Source: Azolla caroliniana
Lineage: Eukaryota > Plantae > Polypodiophyta
Length of the DNA stretch: 64,000 nucleotides
Assembly (NCBI GenBank): GCA_043228905.1
Contig: JBHGNT010000004.1
Coordinates: forward strand, 5,828,001-5,892,000
Direction: 5' to 3'
Shown here: positions 1-10,103 of the stretch, in pieces
Position numbering within the stretch: the stretch's first letter is position 1
Layout: each line of letters begins with the position of its first letter
Position numbers and translations under genes: made by a program
The notes under the pieces: model-generated
What the model was told of the DNA's origin: nothing
The model's input: only the letters and a program-made list of their open reading frames with translations
Database searches by the model: none

Positions 1-255
1 ACACAACGATTCGGCACTGAAAGGCCGACAACGCATTGCACACAGTTGTAACGAAAGTTTCCCACGAAGGGGGGAGACTACTCATAAGCAACATTGCTCT
101 TAGTTCATCCTCGATAGTCATCCCCTGAACCGCAATTTGGGAACTTAAGCTTTCGTACTCGTTAAGGTGTGCCTCGACCGAGTCAGATTCTTTCATCCGA
201 GATTATAAAGGCGCCGAATCAGATATATCTTGGTGGCGTCTACCTTCTTCTCATA
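1..255 (-). pseudogene. Ty1/copia gag (UBN2-like) fragment, degraded
   Basis: Manual minus-strand translation gives YEKKVDATKIYLIRRLYNL..MKESDSVEAHLNEYESL..DELRAMLLMSSLPPSWETFVTT with frameshifts. Confidence 0.7.
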
Positions 256-279
256 AATGAAATTCATAAAAATAGACTT

Positions 280-3200
280 TCATGGCTTGGTTGGAGGTGG
301 TAATGGTTGTAACAAGCCATAAGGATGATGCCTGGGTATTTTGGCTCGACAACAGGTGTCAAATGTACGAACGTAATCATCGACAAAGTTTTGCAAATGA
401 AGCCACCAAAACGAGCACTTCACCAACTCCATGGTCTTGGCAATATCAAAATGTCCAGCCATAGGGGCATCATGACAATGTTCTAATACTTGAAGGCGGG
501 GTGATCCATCAGGGACGTAAAGGAGATTCTTGTAAAAGAGTAAGCCATCTTGCCACTTCAAGTCCTAATAGTGTTGAGATGACCCTTGCAATGTGGAGCA
601 AGATGCATGGATTGGAATAATATGGGCCAAGACATCCTTAGCGAAATCATCAAAGTGAAGGTGTTTTTGAATAGTATCAACAAGGCGTGAATGAAGTGGC
701 ATGACATAAACTATTGTTGCTTGTAGCTTTGATGGTCCTAGGAGAATTTGCTTTTGATTGTCGAAGCCCGGATCTCTAGGTCAAGGTGCGAGATATGAAT
801 GCTGAGGTAGGGCATCTGCCTTCCCTTGTTGTTTCCCCAAGCAGAAAATGATCTTGAAATCAAAACGAGTTAGAAATTGTGCCCACCGAGCTTGTCTCTT
901 ATTTAACACTCGAGTCATTTGAAAATACGTAAGATTTTTGTGATCACTATAAATGATGATTCGATGAGGCGATCCTTCCAAGAAATGTCGCCATTGCTTG
1001 AAAGAATTGATCACAACTAGTAACTCCTTGTCATGCACCTCGCAGTTTATCTCCGCAACAACAAATTTTCTCGAGGGAAACGCGACTGGATGGGACTGCC
1101 CATCCTTGCCTGGTTGTGAAAGTATACTCCCCAATGCAAAGTCTGACGCATCTGCCTCAATGGTAAATAGCTTTTCGGGATCAATATGCGCTAAGATAGG
1201 GTTTGATGTGAATGCCTCTTTGAGTTGAGTAAAGGTTGTGTCCGCTTCAATAGTCCAAACAAACGCTTGATTTTTCTTGGTGAGTTGAGTGAGACACAAT
1301 ATGATCTTTGAATAATTCCATATGAATTTGCGATAGAAGTTAGCAAATCCGACGAAACATTGGACGTCTCGAATAGAACGTGGGGGTTGCCATGTTCCAA
1401 TATTGTTATGACTTTTGCTAGATTCATGAAGATACCCTTGGATGAAATAGTATAACCCAAGAATTCGACTTGTTCACTATCAAAACTGCACTTCTCAAGT
1501 TTGGTATACAGACCATACTTTCGTAAGCGTTCAAGTACTTTCCGGACATGTATATCAGGCTCCTCCTGTGTTTTAGAGTAAATCAACAGATCATCTAAGT
1601 AGATGATGAGAAAGAGATCTAGAAAATCCCGGAAAATGTCATTTTCCATATGTTGGAAAATTGCGGGTACATTTGTGAACCTGAATGGCATGACTGTATA
1701 CTCGAAATGACCATACCAAGTGCGAAATGCAGTTTTCCACTCATCTCCAGGTCGATGCAAACAAGATTATATGCACCCCTTAAATCAATCTTTGTAAAAT
1801 GCTTTGCCCCACTAATGCCCTCTAAAACACTGGAGATTAAAGGTAGAGCATACGTATTTCTTATGGTGACTTTATTTAATCCCCGATAGTCCATGACGAA
1901 ATGAAGCAAACCGTCCTTTTTCTTCACAGAAAATATAGGAGCACCAGCGGGAGACTTTGAATGTCGAATAAACCAATGTGCAAGATTCTCCTTGATGTAT
2001 TCTCGAAGAACCTCAGCTCAATTGGTGATAGATTGTAGATCGGACCCCATGGTGGCTCTATTCCTTGTTGGAGGTCAATGGGACTATCGTACGACCAATG
2101 CTTTGGAAGTACACTAGCTTTGACTTTGTCGAAAACATCAACATATTCTTGATATTTTTCGGGAATTTGGATGTTTGAATTCCCTTGAATGGCACTAGAA
2201 GGTGTCACTGATACTGCAAATAAGAAAAGTTCCTTGTTTCCTCCCATTTGGAAGAATTGTTGCAATGTGATGGTTAAGGTTTGATGAAAAGGAGATGGTG
2301 CATTGGTAGAACTATATTCTTTAAGGGAATAGTCTTGGGTTCGATCCTTAGCAATGATGTTTTCTGCTGAAGGGCACCAAATTTCTCGCCTCCTCCAATA
2401 GATTCTTCAGTTATGTAGCTCGAACCATGGCAAACCAAGTACAATTGGATGCTCGGGTCTATGGATTATGTTAAAGGAAACTACACATCCTAAATCACCT
2501 AAGAGTATTTTTATTGGCTCAAACTCTTTGAATATCTTCTTGGAAGCTATGGGACGTCCATCGATCACTACTACGGAAATTGGGCAAGGATTCAGGGCAT
2601 GCAATGATATTTGATGTTTTTGGGCAAAATCTCTATCCATGAAACAAGAATTGGCTCCAGTATCTAAGAGGGCTTGGACTTGAAGTTGACAACTTGGTGT
2701 CCTAACTTGTACTTGGGCTGAGAAGACTCTACTAACATTCTTGGATGAAATGAGACCTACACTAGGTTGTACAGATCTAGGGTTGTCCAACCAAATGACT
2801 ACTATTTTGGCCGAACTTATTCGTTTGGCTCCTCTTCTAGTTGTCTTAGGACTTCAAACTTATTGGAGAAGGGTGGATTATTCATGATATTAGAACCACC
2901 AAGTGCTTCTAAAATGTTAGACTCATTTTTATTGTCATAGTGAATTTGATTTACCTGACATCTCGGCCTATGGTAACAATGAAGGGCTATATGTCCTAGA
3001 CCTCCGCAATATAAGCACAAATAGTTTGCTCGGCGTCGTTGCTTCTCTTCGTCTTACAATGGTCCTCATCGTTGGGTTATATCGATCTCCATGGGTGTAG
3101 GCCTATCCATTGGGGTTGGACTATGTTTTTGCCTTGGAGTTGGAGCAGGGCTATATGTTTGCCTTGGAGATGATTGTGCCGTTGCTTATGCATAAGTTGG

Positions 3201-3975
3201 TGTGAATCTTGATCTTGTTATTTGTTGTTGTCGCTCACATAGACGCTCCAAAAGATGATTATCACATCATATTGCTCGACTAATAGCTTCTGTAAGTGAT
3301 TTTGGATCCTTGGGGAAGCTAAGAAGTAAGTCCTTCACATCACTATGAAGACCGGAACAAAATTGCTCCATTAGGACTTGTGCATCCCAAGGAATATGGC
3401 TTGCGATGAGACGGAAATTGGTTGCATATGTCGATGTTGGCTAATCACCTTGACGTAGTGTATGAATTTGATTGATTGTTGTTATTGCCCCATCTGTACT
3501 TCTCGAAATTATGTAGTAGAGAAGAATTTGTCTCTAGTAATGGAGCAAACCATGACAACGTTATGCAGTCAATAAGGTGCCCACTAACCCGACTAGTGAC
3601 GCATCTGTCGGATAAAGCGTGGGATGCATTTGAATTACCAACCGCACTTCATTCAAGAAACCTCTAAAATGCACCTCGAACCATCAAATTTAGCTGGGAG
3701 GCTAATTTTGAGCTCCTTGTTAAATCCTTGACCTTCGACACTTTGTTGTTGTAAAACTACGATTGCCGATTCTAATTGTTGCATCTGTCGCGTAAACTCC
3801 TCTTGTTGTTGTTGCTCCTCCACAATAACCTTTTGTAGACATCCAAGAAGACGTTGATTCTCTAATTTGAGAGATGCAAACTTGGATTTAAGATTCTCCA
3901 TTTCTGCAACAAGGGTGAGATATTCTTCTGAGTTGATGGTAGCCATGGTTTCGTGATGTTTATAAAGGAGGATAA

Positions 3976-4039
<64 letters not shown>

Positions 4040-4158
4040 AAATCAAATTGTCAGAACCAACAGAACAGATAGAGTGGCGGAAAAGAGAGGAATGAAGTGA
4101 TAAGAGAAGAATGAATGTATTAAGATAGAATGAGAATGATGTTTATGTATTCATGACA
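280..4158 (-). mobile_element. Decayed chromovirus-type (Tcn1-like) Ty3/gypsy element, 3'-truncated in integrase
   Basis: Fragmented gag (3946-2817), protease LLDTGA (2407-2790), RT YLDD (1191-1927), RNase H EADAS (781-1299), integrase HHCC (280-561); homologous to 31695-37337; short TG..CA LTR remnant 4049-4158. Confidence 0.9.
3978..4036. repeat. (GA)n microsatellite in the element leader
   Basis: Uninterrupted GA run of about 59 bp. Confidence 0.95.
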
Positions 4159-4169
4159 GGTAGTCCTTT

Positions 4170-4745
4170 CTAAAAATCCTCCCAACGTTCGCCGTTGAGA
4201 GAATCTCGATTCTGCTTGTGGTTTGGCCGGACTCTTAAGAATTGGACGGAGTGTCGTTCATCCTGGCTCTTGACCCGTGCGTATGCCTAACCGTTGTATA
4301 GAACCTTTGTCTCCATCCAATCCGCCATGATGTATGGTTCGCCGAGGATGACCAGATGGGAGGATGTCTCCTACACGAAGAAGTGTTGGTCAATCTCGAC
4401 ATCGCCGACCTTCAGTCAGACATTCGGGCACACCCCGTGAAGCTCTTCCGTGGCGTGAGTCGCCGTGTGTATCTTCCACCCATGCTTGGTGTTGATCGGC
4501 CACTTACCTTCTTATAAAGTTCATCGACATTAAGTAGATCTCCGATCCGTGGTCGATATGCATTGTGACTTGCTCCTTCACGTCCCCAATCTGGACTAGG
4601 GTCTCCGTCGTTCCCTCGCACAGTGTGGCTTCAAGAAATAACTATCCGGGACTTCTTCCTCCATCACCCCCTCTTCGATGTGGGCAGACTTTACCTCCAC
4701 CGGCTTCTTTGGCTCTGGCTCCGATAAGAGCCGCTTTCTGTACCC
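4170..4745 (-). pseudogene. Retrotransposon aspartic protease fragment ending at the stop of a gag-protease ORF
   Basis: Manual translation: ..TTETLVQIGDVKEQVTMHIDHGSEIYLMS..WPINTKHGWKI..ELHGVCPNV..DQHFFV..VILGEPYI..METKVL..QFLRVRPNH..EDF*; internal stops and frameshifts. Confidence 0.7.
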
Positions 4746-4831
4746 ACCATAACAAACCCAATAAATTGTGTTTTCTTTTTTAGATTACTCATTTCGAATT
4801 TGTGTGATGAATAAATCAAAACATTACCAAT

Positions 4832-4906
4832 GGGGTGGTGGCGTACTTGGCTAGCTTGTACGTCTCCTAGCTTCGAGATATCCTGAGTTTGAGCCTCTCT
4901 CACCCA
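4832..4906 (+). pseudogene. tRNA-Met pseudogene, copy 1
   Basis: Anticodon changed to CCT; deletion in variable loop/T arm. Confidence 0.85.
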
Positions 4907-5017
4907 GTCTCAAGAATGCTAGGTGTTTTTTCTTTCCTATTAGGAAACGTTTGTCGACCGGATTCACCAGCCCTATTCTCAATATTTACGTGATAGGACA
5001 AATGACACTCAGGAATT

Positions 5018-5103
5018 GGGTGGGTGGTGGTACTTTTGGCTAGCGCATAGGTCTCATAGCTTCGACAATCATGAGGTTGAGATTTTGAGCCCATCTCAAT
5101 CCA
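5018..5103 (+). pseudogene. tRNA-Met pseudogene, copy 2 (B subtype)
   Basis: GGTACTTTTGGCTAG D-region variant; degenerate T loop GATTTTGAGC. Confidence 0.8.
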
Positions 5104-5433
5104 TTCATACCAAACCCAGTAAACTACATCTTCTGTGTTAGATGGCTCATTTAGAATTTGTGCGATGAACAATGGAAAACATTCACATCATAGTAGAAAT
5201 TCTTTTGAAAAATAGTATTATACACTTCTATACCACTTAACAAACCCATTAAACTACGTCTTCTTTTGTAAATTCCTCATTTCGAATTTGCGTGATGAAG
5301 AAATTAAAACATTTATAGGATAGTAGAAACTCTGAATCTCAAAACAAGTTGCATACACTTCTCTAGTTTATGTTGAAACACTTATATCACACATTTAGTT
5401 TCTGTTAATTAGAATGAAATCACACTCATCAAT

Positions 5434-5517
5434 GGGGTGGTGGCGCATTTGGCGAGTGCGTAGGTCTCATAGCTTTGAGATATCTTGAGGTCGAGAGTTC
5501 GAGCCTCTCTCACCCCA
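5434..5517 (+). tRNA. tRNA-Met(CAT) elongator with 10-nt intron, near intact (copy 3)
   Basis: Full 84 nt; acceptor GGGGTGG/TCACCCC; intact T arm GAGAG-TTCGAGC-CTCTC; D-loop substitutions; upstream CAA. Confidence 0.7.
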
Positions 5518-5628
5518 TTCTCAAGAATGTTAGGTGTTTCTTCCTTCCTATTAGATAAAGTTTGTCGGCCGGATCGACCAACCCTATTCGTAACATTTAC
5601 ATAATAGTACAAATGACACTCATGAATT

Positions 5629-5715
5629 GGGTGAGTGGTGGTAGTTTTGGCTAGCGCGTAGGTCTCCTAGCTTCGACAGATCCTGAGGTTGAGATTTTGA
5701 GCCCGTCCCACTCCA
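5629..5715 (+). pseudogene. tRNA-Met pseudogene, copy 4 (B subtype)
   Basis: B-subtype diagnostics; anticodon CCT. Confidence 0.8.
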
Positions 5716-6026
5716 TTCATAACAAACCCAGTAAACTACATCTTCTGTGTTAGATGGCTCATTTAGAATTTGTGTGAAGAACAATGTAAAACATTCACAT
5801 GATAGTAGAAATTCTTTTGAAAAATAGTATTATACACTTCTATACCTCTTAACAAACCCATTAAACTACGACTTCTTTTTTAAATTCATCATTTCGAATT
5901 TGCGCGATGAAGAAATTAAAACATTTATAGGATAGTAGAAACTCTGAATCTCAAAAATAGTTTGATACACTCCTCTTGTTTATGTTGAAACACTTATATC
6001 AGACATTTAGTTTCTACTAGCTATAA

Positions 6027-6105
6027 TGGTGGCGCAGTTGGCGAGCGCGTAGGTTTCATAGCTTCGAGAAATCCTTCGATCAGGAGTTCAACATTCTCTC
6101 ACCCA
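6027..6105 (+). pseudogene. tRNA-Met pseudogene, copy 5 (C subtype)
   Basis: 5' acceptor strand truncated; GGCGAGCG and GGAGTTCAACATTC variants. Confidence 0.8.
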
Positions 6106-6310
6106 ATTCTTAACAAACCCATTATTAAACTACTATATATAAATATGACTCAATTAGTATATTTGTGATATACAAATCAAAACATTCTCATGGTAGTAGA
6201 AGTTGTGTGAAAACCCATTAAATTATGTCCTCTCTTTGGGATTGGTTTGTCCGAATTTGTGTGACTAATAAATCAACACATTTACATTATATAAAAGTGC
6301 ACTCATCATT

Positions 6311-6394
6311 GGGGTGGTGGCGCAGTTGGCTAGCGCATTGGTCTCATAGCTTCGAGAAATCCTAAGGTCGAGAGTTCCAGACTCTTTCGCCCCA
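6311..6394 (+). tRNA. tRNA-Met(CAT) gene or pseudogene with intron, copy 6
   Basis: Full length, intact D arm and CAT anticodon; T loop TTCCAGA altered. Confidence 0.55.
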
Positions 6395-6727
6395 TTCAGA
6401 AGAAATCCATTATTAAACTACATTTTCTCTATGTAAAGATGACTCATTTAGAATTTTTGTGATGAACAAATCAAAACAATCACATGGTAGTAGAAGTTGA
6501 TTCGAAAATAGTTTCATACACTTCTATCCTACTAACTCATTTAATATATGTGTGCAATACAAATCAAAACATTCTCATGGTAGTAGAAGTTGTTTTGAAA
6601 AAGTTTCATACACTTTAATCCTACTTAACAAAACCCATTAAATTACGTCCTCTTTTTTAGATTATTCCGAATTTGTGTGATGAATAAATAAACCCATTTA
6701 CATTATATAGAAATTGCACTTATCACT

Positions 6728-6811
6728 GGGGTGGTGGTGCAGTTGGCTAGCCCGTAGGTCTCATAGCTTTGAGAAATCCTGACTTTGAGATTTCGAGCCT
6801 CTCTCACTCCT
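6728..6811 (+). pseudogene. tRNA-Met pseudogene, copy 7
   Basis: Full length with several stem mismatches. Confidence 0.8.
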
Positions 6812-6922
6812 TTCTCAAGAATGTTAGGTGTTTTTTCCTTCCTACTAGGAGAAGTTCGTTGACCGGATCAACCAACCCTATTCTTAACATTTACGTGATA
6901 GTACAAATGACACTCATGAATT

Positions 6923-7004
6923 GGGTTGTGGTACTTTTGGCTAGCTCGTAGGTCTCATAGCCTCGACAATCATGAGGTTGAGATTTTCAGCCCGTCTCAA
7001 TCCA
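6923..7004 (+). pseudogene. tRNA-Met pseudogene, copy 8 (B subtype)
   Basis: B-subtype diagnostics. Confidence 0.8.
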
Positions 7005-7331
7005 TTCATACCAAACCCAAGAAACTACATCTTTTGTGTTAGATGGCTCATTTAGAATTTGTGTGATGCAAAATGGAAAACATTCCCATGATAATAGAAA
7101 TTCTTTTGAAAGATAGTATTACACTTCTATACCACTTAACAAACCATTAAACTACGTCGTCTTTTTTAAATTCCTCATTTCGAATTTGCATGATGAAGAA
7201 ATTAAAACATTTATAGGCTTGTAGAAACTCTGAATCTAAAAAAATGTTTGATACACTCCTCTTGTTTCTGTTGAAACACTTATATCAGATAATTCGTGTC
7301 TGTTAAGTATGATGAAATCATGATCATCAAT

Positions 7332-7413
7332 GGGGTGGTGGCGCAGTTGGCTAGCGCGTAGGTCTCATAGCTTCGAGATATCCTGAGGTCGAGAGTTCGA
7401 GCCTCTCACCCCA
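7332..7413 (+). tRNA. tRNA-Met(CAT) with intron GCTTCGAGAT, consensus except a 2-nt deletion at the T-stem/acceptor junction (copy 9)
   Basis: Matches the plant elongator tRNA-Met consensus through the T loop; CAA upstream; T6 run at 7433-7438. Confidence 0.65.
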
Positions 7414-7524
7414 ATCTCAAGAATGCCATGTGTTTTTTCCTTCCGATTAGATAAAGTTTGTCGACTGCATCGACCAACCTTATTCTTAACATTTACATGA
7501 TACTACAAATGACACTCATGAATT

Positions 7525-7608
7525 GGGTAGGTGGTAGTTTTGGCTAGCACGTAGGTCTCATAGCTTCGACAAAGCCTTAGGTTGAGATTTTGAACCCGTC
7601 TCACTCCA
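7525..7608 (+). pseudogene. tRNA-Met pseudogene, copy 10 (B subtype)
   Basis: B-subtype diagnostics. Confidence 0.8.
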
Positions 7609-7938
7609 TTCATAACAAATCTAGTAAACTACATCTTATGTGTTAGATAGCTCATTTAGAATTTGTGTGATGAACAATGGAAAACATTCACATGATAGTA
7701 GAAATTCTTTTGAAAAATAGTATTATACACATCTATACCACTTCACAAACCCATTAAATTACGTCTTCTTTTCTAAATTCCTCATTTCGAATTTGCATGG
7801 TGAAGAAATTAAAACATTTATAGGATAGTAGAAACTCTGAATCTCAAAAATAGTTTGATACACTCCGCTTGTTTATGTTGAAACATTTATATCACACAAT
7901 TAGTTTATGTTAAATATGATCAAATCACACTCATCAAT

Positions 7939-7994
7939 GGGGTGGTGGCGCAGTTGGTTAGCGCATAGGTCTCATAGCTTCGTGATATCCTTAG
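7939..7994 (+). pseudogene. 3'-truncated tRNA-Met pseudogene, copy 11
   Basis: 5' half and intron present, then fused through TTAG to the spacer sequence TTAGATGGCTCATT. Confidence 0.8.
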
Positions 7995-8404
7995 ATGGCT
8001 CATTTAGAATTTGTGTGATTAAAAATGGAAAACATTCACGTGATAGTAAAAACTCTTTTGAAAAATAGTTTCATACACTTCTATACCACTTAACAAACCC
8101 ATTAAACTACATCGTCTTCTTTTTTAAATGACTCATTTCGAATTTGTGTGATGAATAAATTAAAACATTTATAGGATAGTAGAAACTCTGAATCTCAAAA
8201 ATAGTCTGATATACTTCTCTTGTTTATGTTGAAACACTCTCAATACAGTCGGAATAAAAAATAGTCGGAATCAAAACATTCTCATGGTAGTAGAAGTTGT
8301 GTGAAAACCCATTAAATTACGTCATCTCTTTGAGATTAGTCATTCCGAATTTGTGTGACGAATAAATCAACATGTTTACATTATATAAAAGTGTACTCAT
8401 CATT

Positions 8405-8488
8405 GGGGTGGTGGCGTAGTTGGCTAGCGCGTAGGTCTCATAGCTTTGAGAAATCTTGAGGTCGAGAGTTCGAGACTCTCTCACCCCA
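8405..8488 (+). tRNA. tRNA-Met(CAT) with intron, best candidate functional copy (copy 12)
   Basis: All stems can form (substitutions give G-U pairs); A and B boxes retained; TATA-like TTATATAAAA upstream. Confidence 0.7.
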
Positions 8489-8652
8489 TTCTTAAGAAAC
8501 CCATTATTAAACTACGTATGTAAACAGATTCATACACTTCTATCCTACTTAACAAAACCTATTAAATTACTTCTTTTTTAGATTAGTCATTCCGAATTTG
8601 TGTAATGAATAAATCAACACGTTTATATTATATAGAAAGTGAACTCATCATT

Positions 8653-8736
8653 GTGGTGGTGGCGCAGTCGGCTAGAGAATAGGTCTCATAGCTTCGAGAA
8701 ATCCTGAGGTCGAGAGTTCAAGACTATCTCACCCCA
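8653..8736 (+). pseudogene. tRNA-Met pseudogene, copy 13
   Basis: Full length, CAT retained, D stem broken. Confidence 0.8.
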
Positions 8737-9054
8737 TCCTTAACAAACCCATAAAACTACGTCTTTTGTTTGTCTTTTGTTTGTAATGATGACTCATTAA
8801 GAATTTTTGTGATGAACAAATCAAAACATTTACATGGTAGCAGAAGTTCTTTTGAAAAAAGTTTCATAGACTTCTATCGTACTCATTTAGAATTTCTGTG
8901 ATGAACAATTGAAAACATTCACATGGTAGTAGAAGGTATTTTGAAAATAGTTTCATACACTTCTATCCTACTTAACAAACCCAGTATATTGCGTTTTCTT
9001 TTTTAGATTACTCATTTCGAATTTGTGTGATGAATAAATCAAAACATTACCAAT

Positions 9055-9138
9055 GGGGTGGTGACGTACTTTGCTAGTGTGTAGGTCTCATAGCTTCGAG
9101 ATATCCTGAGGCTGAGAGTTCGAGCCTCTCTCACCCCA
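9055..9138 (+). pseudogene. tRNA-Met pseudogene, copy 14
   Basis: Intact 3' half, degenerate D arm; upstream flank matches that of copy 1. Confidence 0.8.
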
Positions 9139-9249
9139 TTCTCAAGAATGCCAGGTGTTTTTTCCTTCCTATCAGATAAAGATTGTCGACCGGATCGACC
9201 AACCCTATTCTTAACATTTACATGATACTACAAATGACACTCATGAATT

Positions 9250-9336
9250 GGGTGGCTGGTGGTACTTTTGGCTAGTGCGTACGTCTCATAGCTTCGACAA
9301 ATCCTGAGGTTGAGATTTTGAGCCCTTCTCACTCCA
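9250..9336 (+). pseudogene. tRNA-Met pseudogene, copy 15 (B subtype)
   Basis: B-subtype diagnostics. Confidence 0.8.
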
Positions 9337-9663
9337 TTCATAACAAACCCAGTAAACTACATCTTCTGTGTTAGATGGCTTATTTAGAATTTGTCTGATG
9401 AACAATGCAAAACATTCACATGATTGTAGAAATTCTTTTGAAAAATAGTATTATACACGTCTATACCACTTAACAAACCCATTAAATTACGTCTTCTTTT
9501 TTAAATTCCGCATTTCGAATTTGCGTGGTGAAGAAATTAAAACATTTATAAGATAGTAGAAACTCTGAATCTCAAAAATAGTTTGATACACTCTTGTTTA
9601 TGTTGAAACTCTTATATCACACAATTAGTTTCTGTTACGTATAATGTAATCACACTCATCAAT

Positions 9664-9747
9664 TGGGTGGTGGCGCAGTTGGCGAGCATGTAGGTTTTAT
9701 AGCGTTGAGAAATCCTTAGATCGGGAGTTTGACATTCTCTCACCCCA
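9664..9747 (+). pseudogene. tRNA-Met pseudogene, copy 16 (C subtype)
   Basis: GGGAGTTTGACATTCTC T-arm variant; anticodon mutated. Confidence 0.8.
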
Positions 9748-9985
9748 TTCTTAACAAACCCATTACTAAACTATTGTATGTAAATATGACTCATTTATTA
9801 TATTTGTGATATACAAATCAAACCATTCTCATGGTAGTAGAAGCTGTTTTGAAAAAGTTTCATACACTTTAATCCTACTTAACCAAACCCATTAAATTAC
9901 GTCCTCTTTTTGAGATTAGTCATTCCGAATTTGTGTGATGTATAAATTAACACGTTTACATGATATAGAAAGTGCACTCATCAAT

Positions 9986-10069
9986 GGGGTGGTGCTGCAG
10001 TTGGCGAGCGCGTAGGTCTCATAGCGTTGAGAATTCCTTAGGTCGGGAGTTCGACATTCTCATAGCCCA
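9986..10069 (+). pseudogene. tRNA-Met pseudogene, copy 17 (C subtype)
   Basis: GGGAGTTCGACATTCTC T-arm variant; CAT retained. Confidence 0.8.
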
Positions 10070-10103
10070 TTCTTAACAAACCCATTATTAAACTATTGTT
10101 ATA

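Larger units (their letters stand above)
4745..10095 (+). repeat. Tandem array of intron-containing tRNA-Met(CAT, elongator) genes/pseudogenes in an AT-rich satellite
   Basis: 17 same-strand copies resembling GGGGTGGTGGCGCAGTTGGCTAGCGCGTAGGTCTCATA-intron-ATCCTGAGGTCGAGAGTTCGAGCCTCTCTCACCCCA, separated by recurring ~115-bp spacer monomers (AACAAACCCATTAAACTAC..CTCATTT(C/A)GAATTTGTGTGATGAA..GTAGTAGAA). Confidence 0.95.

Noticed and set aside
5290-5340. Box C/D snoRNA (TGATGA...CTGA) in the spacers, as in plant tRNA-snoRNA dicistrons
   Set aside because: Only ~43 nt between boxes, not adjacent to a tRNA 3' end, T-run terminators intervene, and I see no rRNA guide sequence; a snoscan run would settle it.
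4832-10069. Array as primer supply for the neighbouring copia elements
   Set aside because: The copia PBS TGGTATCAGAGC matches initiator tRNA-Met; the array encodes elongator tRNA-Met with a different 3' end (..CACCCCA).
4832-10069. Cluster of tRNA-derived SINE insertions
   Set aside because: Introns and upstream flanks are retained and there are no poly(A) tails or individual TSDs.
4745-10095. CRISPR-like repeat-spacer array
   Set aside because: Repeats are ~84-nt tRNA copies, spacers are themselves repetitive, the context is eukaryotic and no cas genes are present.
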